Below, piece by piece: positions 16,403-23,214 of a stretch of DNA of 38,507 nt. Position 1 is the first letter of the stretch; each line of letters starts with the position of its first letter. The stretch is from contig CAYXNI010000001.1 in NCBI GenBank assembly GCA_964466285.1, forward strand, positions 1 to 38,507, in the 5' to 3' direction. A model generated the notes under the pieces. It was not told the origin of the DNA, ran no database searches, and was given only the letters and a program-made list of their open reading frames with translations. The DNA is from an uncultured Planctomycetota bacterium. GTDB taxonomy: Bacteria > Planctomycetota > PUPC01. Made by a program: the position numbers and the translations under genes.

Positions 16403-16882
16403 TCACCCCGACTTCAGTTCGACGAGTTCCGGCGTCATTGTCTCCGTGTCGAGCAACGCGACCGTGCAGCGTCCGTTCACCCAGCCGCCGCATTCACCCG
16501 GGTTGATGACCAGGGGCTTCCGGCCCGAGAACTCGGCGCGGTGCGTGTGCCCGCACACGATCACGTCGGCGCCGGCTCGATCAGCCTCGCTCAGCCGGTC
16601 GAGCGAATGAACGATCACGACCGTTCGGCCGTCCAGCATCTCGCGGCGTGCGCCCGGCACCGTCCCGGGCAGCAGTTCCCCGACCACCTTTCGCTCGCCG
16701 TCACAGTTCCCGAACACCCCGTACACCGGCACTCCCAGGGCGAGGAACTTCCGGACTGCGAAGGGGGCGACGAAATCACCTGCGTGGATCAGAACCTCGA
16801 CCCCCTTCTTCTTGAACGCCGCCACGGCCGCCCCGATCAGCGGAATGTTATCGTGCGAGTCCGCGACTATCCCTATCTTCAC
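16403..16882 (-). CDS. metallophosphoesterase, MJ0936/YfcE family
   Basis: 159 aa. MKIGIVADSHDN, HAGDF, GNCDG and GHTH motifs in the canonical order. Confidence 0.88.
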   Translation of the reverse strand: MKIGIVADSHDNIPLIGAAVAAFKKKGVEVLIHAGDFVAPFAVRKFLALGVPVYGVFGNCDGERKVVGELLPGTVPGARREMLDGRTVVIVHSLDRLSEADRAGADVIVCGHTHRAEFSGRKPLVINPGECGGWVNGRCTVALLDTETMTPELVELKSG

Positions 16883-16913
16883 AAAACTCTCCTGCCGGGG
16901 ATACTGCCGCCCC

Positions 16914-16970
16914 TTCGACAGGCTCCCTTCGGGTCTGCCCTCGACAAGCTCGGGCCGTGAGCCTGTCGAA
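16914..16970. repeat. 12-bp inverted repeat ttcgacaggctc / gagcctgtcgaa with a 33-nt spacer
   Basis: Arms at 16914-16925 and 16959-16970, between the asnB stop and the phosphoesterase start. Confidence 0.8.
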
Positions 16971-17070
16971 CGGAGCCTCAGGGTCGAAGACAGGGCGGCA
17001 TGAGCGTTGTCGAATGCCGCAAGTCCAGTCTACGGCGTCCGGGCATGGCAGTCAAGGTGTTTACCCCTCA

Positions 17071-17112
17071 AAGTCCCAAGTCCATAGTCCAGAGTCTATA
17101 GCCCATAGTCCA
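17071..17112. repeat. heptamer tandem array (6 units, consensus TAGTCCA)
   Basis: aagtccc aagtcca tagtcca gagtcta tagccca tagtcca, read in 7-nt register from 17071. Located 35 nt downstream of the asnB stop. Confidence 0.9.
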
Positions 17113-17146
17113 CCTCCGTGGTTGGGACTGAGGGAAAGCCGCGCGG

Positions 17147-19045
17147 TCAGAAGGGGAGCCTGGGGCTGAACTCGCGCGCCCAGAGTTCGAAGCAAAGCAG
17201 CGTCCAGATGGGGTAGGAGCGGTCGGCGCGGCCGCTTGCGTGGTCGTCGAGCATCTGCCTGATTCTGTCGCGCGAGAAGACGTCGTTGAGGATGGTGCTG
17301 CTGCCGAGCAGAGTGTCGCGGGCGAATGGGGCGAGCTCGGTACGCAGCCAGCGGGCGATGGGGACGCCGAAGCCCATCTTGCCGCGCGAGTAAATCCTTT
17401 CGGGCAGCAGGTCGCGGAAGGCGTGGCGGAGGACGTATTTGCCGCGCGCGCCGTGGAGCTTGTGACGGGACGGGATGCGGAAGGCGAGCTCGATGAGCTT
17501 GTGGTCGAGCAGCGGGGCGCGGGTCTCGAGGCCGTGGGCCATCGTCGCGATGTCGATCTTGACGAGCGGGTCGTTGGGGAGGTAGACGGTGAGGTCGGCG
17601 AACATCGCGGCGGCCGCGGGGTCCTTGAGGCCGGCGCACCGGGCGTAGGCGTCTTCGAAGACGGCGGCGGAGTCGGGTCCGCCGGCGGCGTCGAGGAACG
17701 AGGCCCGGTAGAGGTCCTGCTTGTCATGCTCGGAGGAGTAGGCCAGCCACGCGGCGTGGCGCCGGGCCGGGGCGAGCTGAAGGGCGCCGAGCAGGAGGCG
17801 GGCGCGGGTGAGGGCGGCCTTGCGGTCGCGGCCGCGCGGCAGGACCGATCCGAGAAGTCCGATGAGTTTTCCGAACGAGGGGGCCAGGCGGTCGACCTGG
17901 CCGCAGGCGCGCGCGGCGAGGTGGCGGGGGTAGCCGCCGAAGGCCTCGTCGCCGCCGTCGCCGGTCAGAGCGACCTTCACGTGCCCGGCGGTCAGCTGCG
18001 CGAGGTAATACGCCGGGATGGCGGAGGGGTCGGCGAACGGCTCGCCGTATCGCCGGGCAAGCACGGGGAGGACGTCGACGGCGCTGGGGGTGACGAGGAA
18101 CTCGGTATGCCTGGTGCCGAACTGTTCGGCCGCGATGCGGGCGAAGCCGAGCTCGTCGTATGCCGGGTCAATAGCTCCGGCGGGGTCTCCGAACCCGATG
18201 CTGAACGTCTGGACCGGCCCGGCGAGGCGGCTCATGAGGCCGACGACGATCGAGGAGTCGATGCCGCCGCTCAGGAATGCGCCGAGCGGGACGTCGGAGA
18301 CGAGGCGGGTCTGGACGGCGCTCTCGACGGCCGCGCGGACCTGGCCGGCGGCGTCGTCGAGCGAAATGTCCTGCGGCTCGGGGACAAGGTCCCAGTACCG
18401 CGAGAGCGTCGGCTTCCCGTGCTCGTGGACGAGGATGTGGGCGGGCGGGAGTTTCCGGACGCCCTGATAGATGGTGAGAGGAAACGGCACGGCCAGGTAG
18501 GAGAGGTAGTGGTGGAGCGCCTCGGGGTCGAGGACTCGCGGGACGGCATCGAGCGAGAGCAGCGCCGCGAGCTCGGACGCGAAGGCGAAGAGTCCGCCGC
18601 CTTCGTAGTAGACAAGGGGCTTCTCGCCGAGCCGGTCGCGCGCGAGGAGCAGGCGCTCGGCGTTCGCATCCCAGAGTGCGAACGCGAACATCCCGTCGAG
18701 GTGCTTGACGCAGCCGGCGCCGTGGTCTTCGTAGAGGTGCAGGATGACTTCGTTGTCGCTGCTCGTCCGGAAGCGGTGGCCGCGGGATTCGAGGCCGGAG
18801 CGCAGGTCCCGGAAGTTGTAGATCTCGCCGTTGCAGACGAGCAGGACGGAGCCGTCCTCGTTCGCAAGCGGCTGTCGGCCGGTTGCAAGGTCGATGATGC
18901 TGAGGCGTGCGTGGCCGAGGCGGCACGGGCCGGAGACGGCCTTGCCGGACTCGTCGGGCCCGCGGTGCCGGAGGCGCTCGATCATGGCGGCGACGACGGC
19001 ATCTGCGTCAGGTCTGGCTGTCAGGATTCCGGCGATTCCGCACAC
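17147..19045 (-). CDS. asnB: asparagine synthase (glutamine-hydrolysing)
   Basis: ORF 17147-19087 trimmed to the GTG at 19045, which makes the nucleophile Cys residue 2 (V/M-CGIAG). GGAGGG lies upstream. SGGIDSS PP-loop motif present. Confidence 0.92.
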   Translation of the reverse strand: MCGIAGILTARPDADAVVAAMIERLRHRGPDESGKAVSGPCRLGHARLSIIDLATGRQPLANEDGSVLLVCNGEIYNFRDLRSGLESRGHRFRTSSDNEVILHLYEDHGAGCVKHLDGMFAFALWDANAERLLLARDRLGEKPLVYYEGGGLFAFASELAALLSLDAVPRVLDPEALHHYLSYLAVPFPLTIYQGVRKLPPAHILVHEHGKPTLSRYWDLVPEPQDISLDDAAGQVRAAVESAVQTRLVSDVPLGAFLSGGIDSSIVVGLMSRLAGPVQTFSIGFGDPAGAIDPAYDELGFARIAAEQFGTRHTEFLVTPSAVDVLPVLARRYGEPFADPSAIPAYYLAQLTAGHVKVALTGDGGDEAFGGYPRHLAARACGQVDRLAPSFGKLIGLLGSVLPRGRDRKAALTRARLLLGALQLAPARRHAAWLAYSSEHDKQDLYRASFLDAAGGPDSAAVFEDAYARCAGLKDPAAAAMFADLTVYLPNDPLVKIDIATMAHGLETRAPLLDHKLIELAFRIPSRHKLHGARGKYVLRHAFRDLLPERIYSRGKMGFGVPIARWLRTELAPFARDTLLGSSTILNDVFSRDRIRQMLDDHASGRADRSYPIWTLLCFELWAREFSPRLPF

Positions 19046-19087
19046 GGGGCAGTCCCTCCGGCCGGCGAACGTTCGCGACGCGTGCAC

Positions 19088-19116
19088 ATTGTAGTGGAAG
19101 CGCGATACGCGGGCAA
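19088..19116 (-). promoter_or_regulatory. sigma70-type promoter TTGCCC-N17-TACAAT for asnB
   Basis: The minus strand reads TTGCCC (19116-19111), a 17-nt spacer, then TACAAT (19093-19088), about 43 nt upstream of the GTG at 19045. Confidence 0.5.
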
Positions 19117-19146
19117 GCGGCGGTCGGCGGGAAGAAGACGGGCTTT

Positions 19147-19250
19147 ACCACGAAGCCACAAAGTCACGAGGAAAATCATCCTTTGTGGGCCTTTGTGGAT
19201 CTTTGTGTCTTGGTGCCTTTGTGGTTGTGTCTTCCTTCACTTGCCTTCGT
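19147..19250. repeat. solo locus of the CACNAAGG/CTTTGTG repeat family
   Basis: accacgaagccacaaag (forward orientation) is followed by ctttgtgggc ctttgtggat ctttgtgtct tggtgcctttgtgg. The reverse complement of 19201-19235 contains cacaaaggcaccaag, identical to 12351-12365. It overlaps the stop of the 19237-20205 gene (LHEGK*). Confidence 0.85.
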
Positions 19251-20205
19251 GCAGGGTGAACTCGTCATAGACCTGGCCGTCGGCGGCCATAGTCTTGCCG
19301 GTCACTTTGGCCCCGTCGACGGTGATGAGTGTGAGCATGAAGACAGGCTTGGGCAAGGTCTTTTCGCCGGCGGGGCCTCGGAGGACGGCTTGCTGGCCGA
19401 CCATGCCGTAGCTTATGTCGTCCCCGATGGCCTCGCTGATGCGGTTGAGGCTGTAGACGCCGGCGCCGGCAACGCCCTGGATGATATAGTTGACGCCATC
19501 GCGCTTCGTGCGGTAGTAGATGTGGTCGTGGCCGGTGAAGTGTGCGACAACGCCGTACTTCTGGCAGAGCCGAGTGAGGGCGGTGGGCTCGTTCGGGCAC
19601 TCGGCTTTGCTCTTGCTTCCCACGGTATACGGCGGGCAATGCTGCCAGACGAAGAGCAGCTTGCCGGCCTTCTGCCCCGCAGCGAGCTGCTGCTCGAGCA
19701 GCTCGAGCTCGGCGGGGCCGGGGACGCTGTGATCGGGGGCGTCGACGCCGATGAAGCGGGCGTTTCGGAAGTCGAAGGAGAAGTGGCGGGAGTCGATGCC
19801 GTAGAAGGCGGTAAAGTACTTGAGGGCGTCCGCGCCGCTGCCTTCGTGGTTTCCGAAGCAGGGCCAGCAGGGCGTCTTGCGGGCGAACTTGCCGATCTGC
19901 TGCTCCAGCCGATCGTATTCCTTGGCGCCGGGGCTGGCGACCATGTCGCCGGTGAGGATGACGAATGTGGGGGCAAGGCTGTCGCACTTGGCGACGAGGG
20001 GGTCAAATCCCCCTCCGCCCTTTACGTCGCCCATGACGATGAAGGTGTACTGATCGGTGGAGGTCTTCTTCTCGACCTCAGCCGTGAGCGGGCGCGGGTC
20101 ATAGGGTTTTTCGGGCGGAAAGGCCAGCGCGGGCACGGATGCGACGAGCAGAATGACGAGCACGACCGGCAACGCGAACCGCAACGGCACAAGGCGTCTG
20201 ATCAC
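19237..20205 (-). CDS. secreted calcineurin-like metallophosphoesterase
   Basis: ORF trimmed to the GTG at 20205, preceded by AAGGAG with a 7-nt spacer. Signal peptide, then the motifs FIVMGDVKGG, ILTGDM, GNHEG and GHDH. Confidence 0.8.
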   Translation of the reverse strand: MIRRLVPLRFALPVVLVILLVASVPALAFPPEKPYDPRPLTAEVEKKTSTDQYTFIVMGDVKGGGGFDPLVAKCDSLAPTFVILTGDMVASPGAKEYDRLEQQIGKFARKTPCWPCFGNHEGSGADALKYFTAFYGIDSRHFSFDFRNARFIGVDAPDHSVPGPAELELLEQQLAAGQKAGKLLFVWQHCPPYTVGSKSKAECPNEPTALTRLCQKYGVVAHFTGHDHIYYRTKRDGVNYIIQGVAGAGVYSLNRISEAIGDDISYGMVGQQAVLRGPAGEKTLPKPVFMLTLITVDGAKVTGKTMAADGQVYDEFTLHEGK

Positions 20206-20393
20206 GTCAGTTCTCCTTTTGCTAATGGCTGGGACCACACCTGGTTTGTAGGGCAGGCGCCCATTCTTATCGTTGTGTCGTTGGTGCCCTTCGGGTCAAG
20301 TGCACGCCGGTCGGTCTCATTTCCCGTCACTGAGCACGTACGGATCGATGATCTCGCCGTCGGCGACCGAGAAGCTGTCCAGAAGTAAGGTTA

Positions 20394-20459
20394 TCAATGG
20401 TTCGGCTTATCGCTCAGGTATTCGACCATCCGGCCCAGGCCGACGCGGTCCTCTTGCAT
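20394..20459 (-). pseudogene. displaced glyQS 3'-end fragment, copy 3 (MQEDRVGLGRMVEYLSDKPNH*)
   Basis: By hand alignment, 48/66 nt are identical to copy 2. It shares catccggcccaggccgacgcggtcct with copy 2. No upstream coding continuation; it abuts the hicB stop. Confidence 0.7.
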
Positions 20460-20462
20460 AGA

Positions 20463-20690
20463 TCAGCGGGACACCTGGTAGATCAGGGGCCGGTAGCTGG
20501 GCGGCGGGATCGGCTTGCCCGCGTCGCGCGCCGCCCGAAGCCAGGCTTCCTTCGCACGCTCGACCTCGGCCAAGGCCGCTTCCGGTGTCTGGCCAAAGGC
20601 CGAACAGGACTCAAGGTCAGGGATGTCGGCGATGTATCCGCCGTCTTCTTCGCTGTAGAAGATGTTGATGTGGTAGTCAGTCATGTTCAT
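20463..20690 (-). CDS. hicB: HicB-family antitoxin (UPF0150 fold)
   Basis: YHINIFYSEEDGGYIADIPDLESCSAFGQTPEAALAEVERAKEAW is the classic HicB N-domain pattern. The ATG overlaps the hicA stop (ATGA). The second ATG at 20684 has better SD spacing (GGAGGA). Confidence 0.8.
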   Translation of the reverse strand: MNMTDYHINIFYSEEDGGYIADIPDLESCSAFGQTPEAALAEVERAKEAWLRAARDAGKPIPPPSYRPLIYQVSR

Positions 20691-20938
20691 TCCTCCAACT
20701 GTAGATTATAGCGCTCAATGAGGCGAAGGAACTGACGAATCTGGTACGGCTTCGCCTCTCCATTTACATTTTGCAGGTTCACCAGTTCCGGAATGCCGGG
20801 ATGGGTGAAAATGTGATGGCTCCCGCTGACCCGTGCGCTGCGGAAGCCAAAGCCCTCGACCAGACTCACCGCGTCGTTGAAGGCGACATTCTGGAAGGAC
20901 CCATCGGCAAGCCTACGAAGCAATTTCCTCCGGTTCAC
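20687..20938 (-). CDS. hicA: HicA-family toxin (YcfA-like mRNA interferase)
   Basis: 83 aa. FGFRSARVSGSHHIFTHPG, then GEAKPYQIRQFLRLIE, matches the HicA pattern. GTG start. Canonical hicA-then-hicB order. Confidence 0.8.
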   Translation of the reverse strand: MNRRKLLRRLADGSFQNVAFNDAVSLVEGFGFRSARVSGSHHIFTHPGIPELVNLQNVNGEAKPYQIRQFLRLIERYNLQLEE

Positions 20939-20976
20939 GTTGCACCACCCCCTGGCTGTTTCGCGTCAATCCCTGT

Positions 20977-21057
20977 CTACAATCCGAACTTGTCGGTCAG
21001 ATATTCCAGCATCCGGCCCAGGCCGACGCGGTCCTGCTGCATGGTGTCGCGGTGGCG
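20977..21057 (-). pseudogene. displaced glyQS 3'-end fragment, copy 2 (RHRDTMQQDRVGLGRMLEYLTDKFGL*)
   Basis: 81 nt, the same length as the live end at 23215-23295. By hand alignment 66/81 nt are identical, and the first 33 nt (cgccaccgcgacaccatgcagcaggaccgcgtc) are identical. It has its own stop and no upstream glyQS sequence. Confidence 0.75.
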
Positions 21058-21064
21058 TTCCTGG

Positions 21065-21451
21065 TCAGGAGTCTGTTTCGCGCGTACGGCACTTCGCCTT
21101 ATCTTCAGCGACCCGGCCCACCGCGGCGTCATCGACCCGGACGCCGCGTTTCAAGACATAGGCCGCAAAGCTGGCCGGTTCGCAATGCTCGAGCTGATCG
21201 GCGGAGAAAATGTGAAGTTCGATGTCGTCGCCGACCTCCTGCTGCACGCGCACGGCGGCTTGCGCCCGGCGATGCATGTCCCATGTCTCGGCGCCGCGCA
21301 CAAACACGCCGATATCTATGTCGCTGTAGGCATCGGCTCGACCTTCTATATGAGATCCGAAGAGGAATGCGGCAACAACGGTCGACTCGCGACGCAATGC
21401 CGCCACCGCCTCGGCCGCCTTGGCCTTTACCTCATCAAGCCGGACGGCCAT
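21065..21451 (-). CDS. MNT-type nucleotidyltransferase (minimal NTase, antitoxin-like)
   Basis: 128 aa. The FLFGSHIEGRADAYSDIDIGVF motif (GS-x9-11-DxD) is typical of MntA-like minimal nucleotidyltransferases. No intact HEPN partner is present. Confidence 0.8.
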   Translation of the reverse strand: MAVRLDEVKAKAAEAVAALRRESTVVAAFLFGSHIEGRADAYSDIDIGVFVRGAETWDMHRRAQAAVRVQQEVGDDIELHIFSADQLEHCEPASFAAYVLKRGVRVDDAAVGRVAEDKAKCRTRETDS

Positions 21452-21548
21452 TCGATGATCTCCTCTGTAGCACGGAGCGAGTGCTCCGCCTGCTTCACAT
21501 CAATCGCGAGCTTGAAAGGTGTTGATATGCTAGTTCAGGGCCCTTCGC

Positions 21549-21824
21549 CTACTCAATGATGCCCTTCGCCCGAAGGATGGCAACGTAACCATCCCTCTTG
21601 AGGGGGCACTTCACGAGGTCTCTGAAGTCATCCATGCCGAGGTGTACTTGGCTTCGGATTTTGTCGGAAACGTGCCCCGGTACATCGCCCTTTCCGTGCG
21701 AACACCTCAGCATCAGGATTTTCCGGCCTTCGTGTATGAACCACCCGATCTTGTGTCCGGTGCTCCTGCTTTCAATCCCCAGTTTCTGAAAAATCGTATC
21801 GACGTCGGATTTCTTCAGTTGCAC
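21549..21824 (-). CDS. divergent HicA-like small protein (putative toxin), ORF-C of the three-gene operon
   Basis: ORF 21549-21869 trimmed to the GTG at 21824, which overlaps the upstream stop (GTGCAACTGA). The layout LKKSDVDTIFQKLGIE..STGHKIGWF...LRCSHGKGDVPGHVSDKIRSQ resembles HicA/YcfA, but with TGH instead of GSH and an extra C-terminal segment. The assignment is tentative. Confidence 0.5.
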   Translation of the reverse strand: MQLKKSDVDTIFQKLGIESRSTGHKIGWFIHEGRKILMLRCSHGKGDVPGHVSDKIRSQVHLGMDDFRDLVKCPLKRDGYVAILRAKGIIE

Positions 21825-22402
21825 GTACCGTGAGTCTCGCAAACATTTCGTTGAAGGTGGGCAAGCCATCGGCGCGGCAGCGGCCCAAGTTCCCCGGAAG
21901 GGGTCTTCAAGTCCTGATATAGCTCGGCGACGACATCCTTGAGATCCGCTATGGCTTCTGACTCACAGTCCCCGTGGCCGTAAGCCTCCAGATCGGGGAT
22001 GTATGCGACGACAGACCCTTCGGATTCTTCAACGGTAACGTATAGCGGTTCTTTTAGAAGCAGACTGTCTGAGTTCAACGAAGAGATTGCAACTACTCTG
22101 GAAACGCGAGCCTTGCTCTCTTCGACGGCTGTCACCCGGACTTCGAGCGCAGATACTCGTTCGGACAAGGACCTGAGCGCTGTGTCTTGAGCGGAGATAA
22201 CCGCATGCAAAATGTTGCCAAGCAGTGCTTGCGCTATCCCAGCAGCCCTGACCTGCCTTTTTTGAGCTACTCTCTCAGCACCGCGCACAATTGGCCGACC
22301 GGGCGCGGCTTCTCTCCATTGCACGGCCACTGTTGCCTCTGCGGGCGCATGCTCCGAGAAATGCAAGTCCAAGGCGTGGAGGCTGTCAGGGCAGCTAGCC
22401 AT
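21815..22402 (-). CDS. coiled-coil protein with a HicB/UPF0150-like C-terminal domain (putative antitoxin), ORF-B
   Basis: ORF 21815-22441 trimmed to the ATG at 22402, which overlaps the ORF-A stop (ATGGCTAG). The C-terminus YVTVEESEGSVVAYIPDLEAYGHGDCESEAIADLKDVVAELYQDL is HicB-like. The N-terminal part is coiled-coil-like (DTALRSLSERVSALEVRVTAVEESKARV). Confidence 0.55.
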   Translation of the reverse strand: MASCPDSLHALDLHFSEHAPAEATVAVQWREAAPGRPIVRGAERVAQKRQVRAAGIAQALLGNILHAVISAQDTALRSLSERVSALEVRVTAVEESKARVSRVVAISSLNSDSLLLKEPLYVTVEESEGSVVAYIPDLEAYGHGDCESEAIADLKDVVAELYQDLKTPSGELGPLPRRWLAHLQRNVCETHGTCN

Positions 22403-23063
22403 CTTTCTTTCCCGCAGATGAAGGATTGCGCACGAATTCACGTACTACAGCTTGCGCCCGCTGAATCAACTGCTCCAACGTCTCTTTCTTCCGCGGCCAG
22501 GTCAGCTTGAGCACGGTTCGTACGTTGAGCGTAGTCTCGTTCACCGCCTCGACTATCATGTCCCTGACCGTTTCGGCTCCCCGCAAGCGGAAGCCGCTCA
22601 AGTAAACCGGCGTGTATTTTCCCGCGCTCGGCGGGGCTACTGGGGGTAGCGCGGGCGCAAGCAGTGCAAGGTTCATGTTCAACTCCATGCGCAGCGTAAT
22701 CGGAAGTTGCTCTGGAGCATCCGCAAGAACCAGTTGAAATCGACGCTGAACCTCTGTTGCCTTGACTGCTGAGTCTGCACGTTCTTCGTGCTGCTTGTCT
22801 ACGCCAATAACAGCGGTCTTCTCAGAAGGGGAGGCAACCGCAAACAGATGCAGGTGGTGCGCAAGACCGCGCCGGCTATACGTGTGACAGATTACGGGCT
22901 TTAACCGCCCGACGTGGGACTGACCCACCGGCAGGCCTGCCTCCCGAAGCGCGGATATGGCCCTATCAGATATACTAAACTCAAGCCTAAAACCTTCACA
23001 TCCGCACACGGCCAGATTTGGAAGCCGCAGAACATCTTTAGCAGGTGCCACACGCTTTGGCAT
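22395..23063 (-). CDS. hypothetical protein with no recognisable motif, ORF-A
   Basis: 222 aa from the ATG at 23063 (the ORF track's alternative is TTG at 23120). It is the first gene of the overlapping operon. GC is 50% on line 22681-22740. Confidence 0.55.
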   Translation of the reverse strand: MPKRVAPAKDVLRLPNLAVCGCEGFRLEFSISDRAISALREAGLPVGQSHVGRLKPVICHTYSRRGLAHHLHLFAVASPSEKTAVIGVDKQHEERADSAVKATEVQRRFQLVLADAPEQLPITLRMELNMNLALLAPALPPVAPPSAGKYTPVYLSGFRLRGAETVRDMIVEAVNETTLNVRTVLKLTWPRKKETLEQLIQRAQAVVREFVRNPSSAGKKDG

Positions 23064-23146
23064 TGCTAATCCGCCACAAGAGAGGCCAATCTTTGGCAGT
23101 GACCCGCAGAACCCACTCAACGGTTCCCGGTGAACTCATCAAACAG

Positions 23147-23175
23147 ATAGTACACACTCCGCGAGAGAAATGCAA
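23147..23175 (-). promoter_or_regulatory. candidate promoter TTGCAT-N17-TACTAT for the three-gene operon
   Basis: The minus strand reads TTGCAT (23175-23170), a 17-nt spacer, then TACTAT (23152-23147). It lies 40-70 nt downstream of the glyQS stop. Confidence 0.35.
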
Positions 23176-23214
23176 ACACTTAGTTCGCGGCTGTCTGGAC
23201 GTGGTCGAGACACC

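Larger units (their letters stand above)
20460..23214 (-). mobile_element. two tandem integrated islets at the glyQS 3' end (degenerate; no integrase seen)
   Basis: Each islet is bounded by same-orientation copies of the glyQS terminal 22-27 codons. Islet 1 is 21058-23214 and islet 2 is 20460-20976. Cargo is toxin-antitoxin-type genes, and much of it has lower GC. Confidence 0.45.

Noticed and set aside
20300-20393. Short open frame on the minus strand (..LITLLLDSFSVADGEIIDPYVLSDGK*) just beyond glyQS-end copy 3.
   Set aside because: It is only about 26-29 codons with no ATG or SD and no recognisable motif. It may be a gene remnant left at the old glyQS downstream junction, but this cannot be supported from the sequence alone.
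20939-20976. TTGACG at 20964-20969 (minus strand) as a hicAB promoter.
   Set aside because: No acceptable -10 hexamer at 16-18 nt spacing (GGTGCA). The distance to the GTG is only 25 nt.
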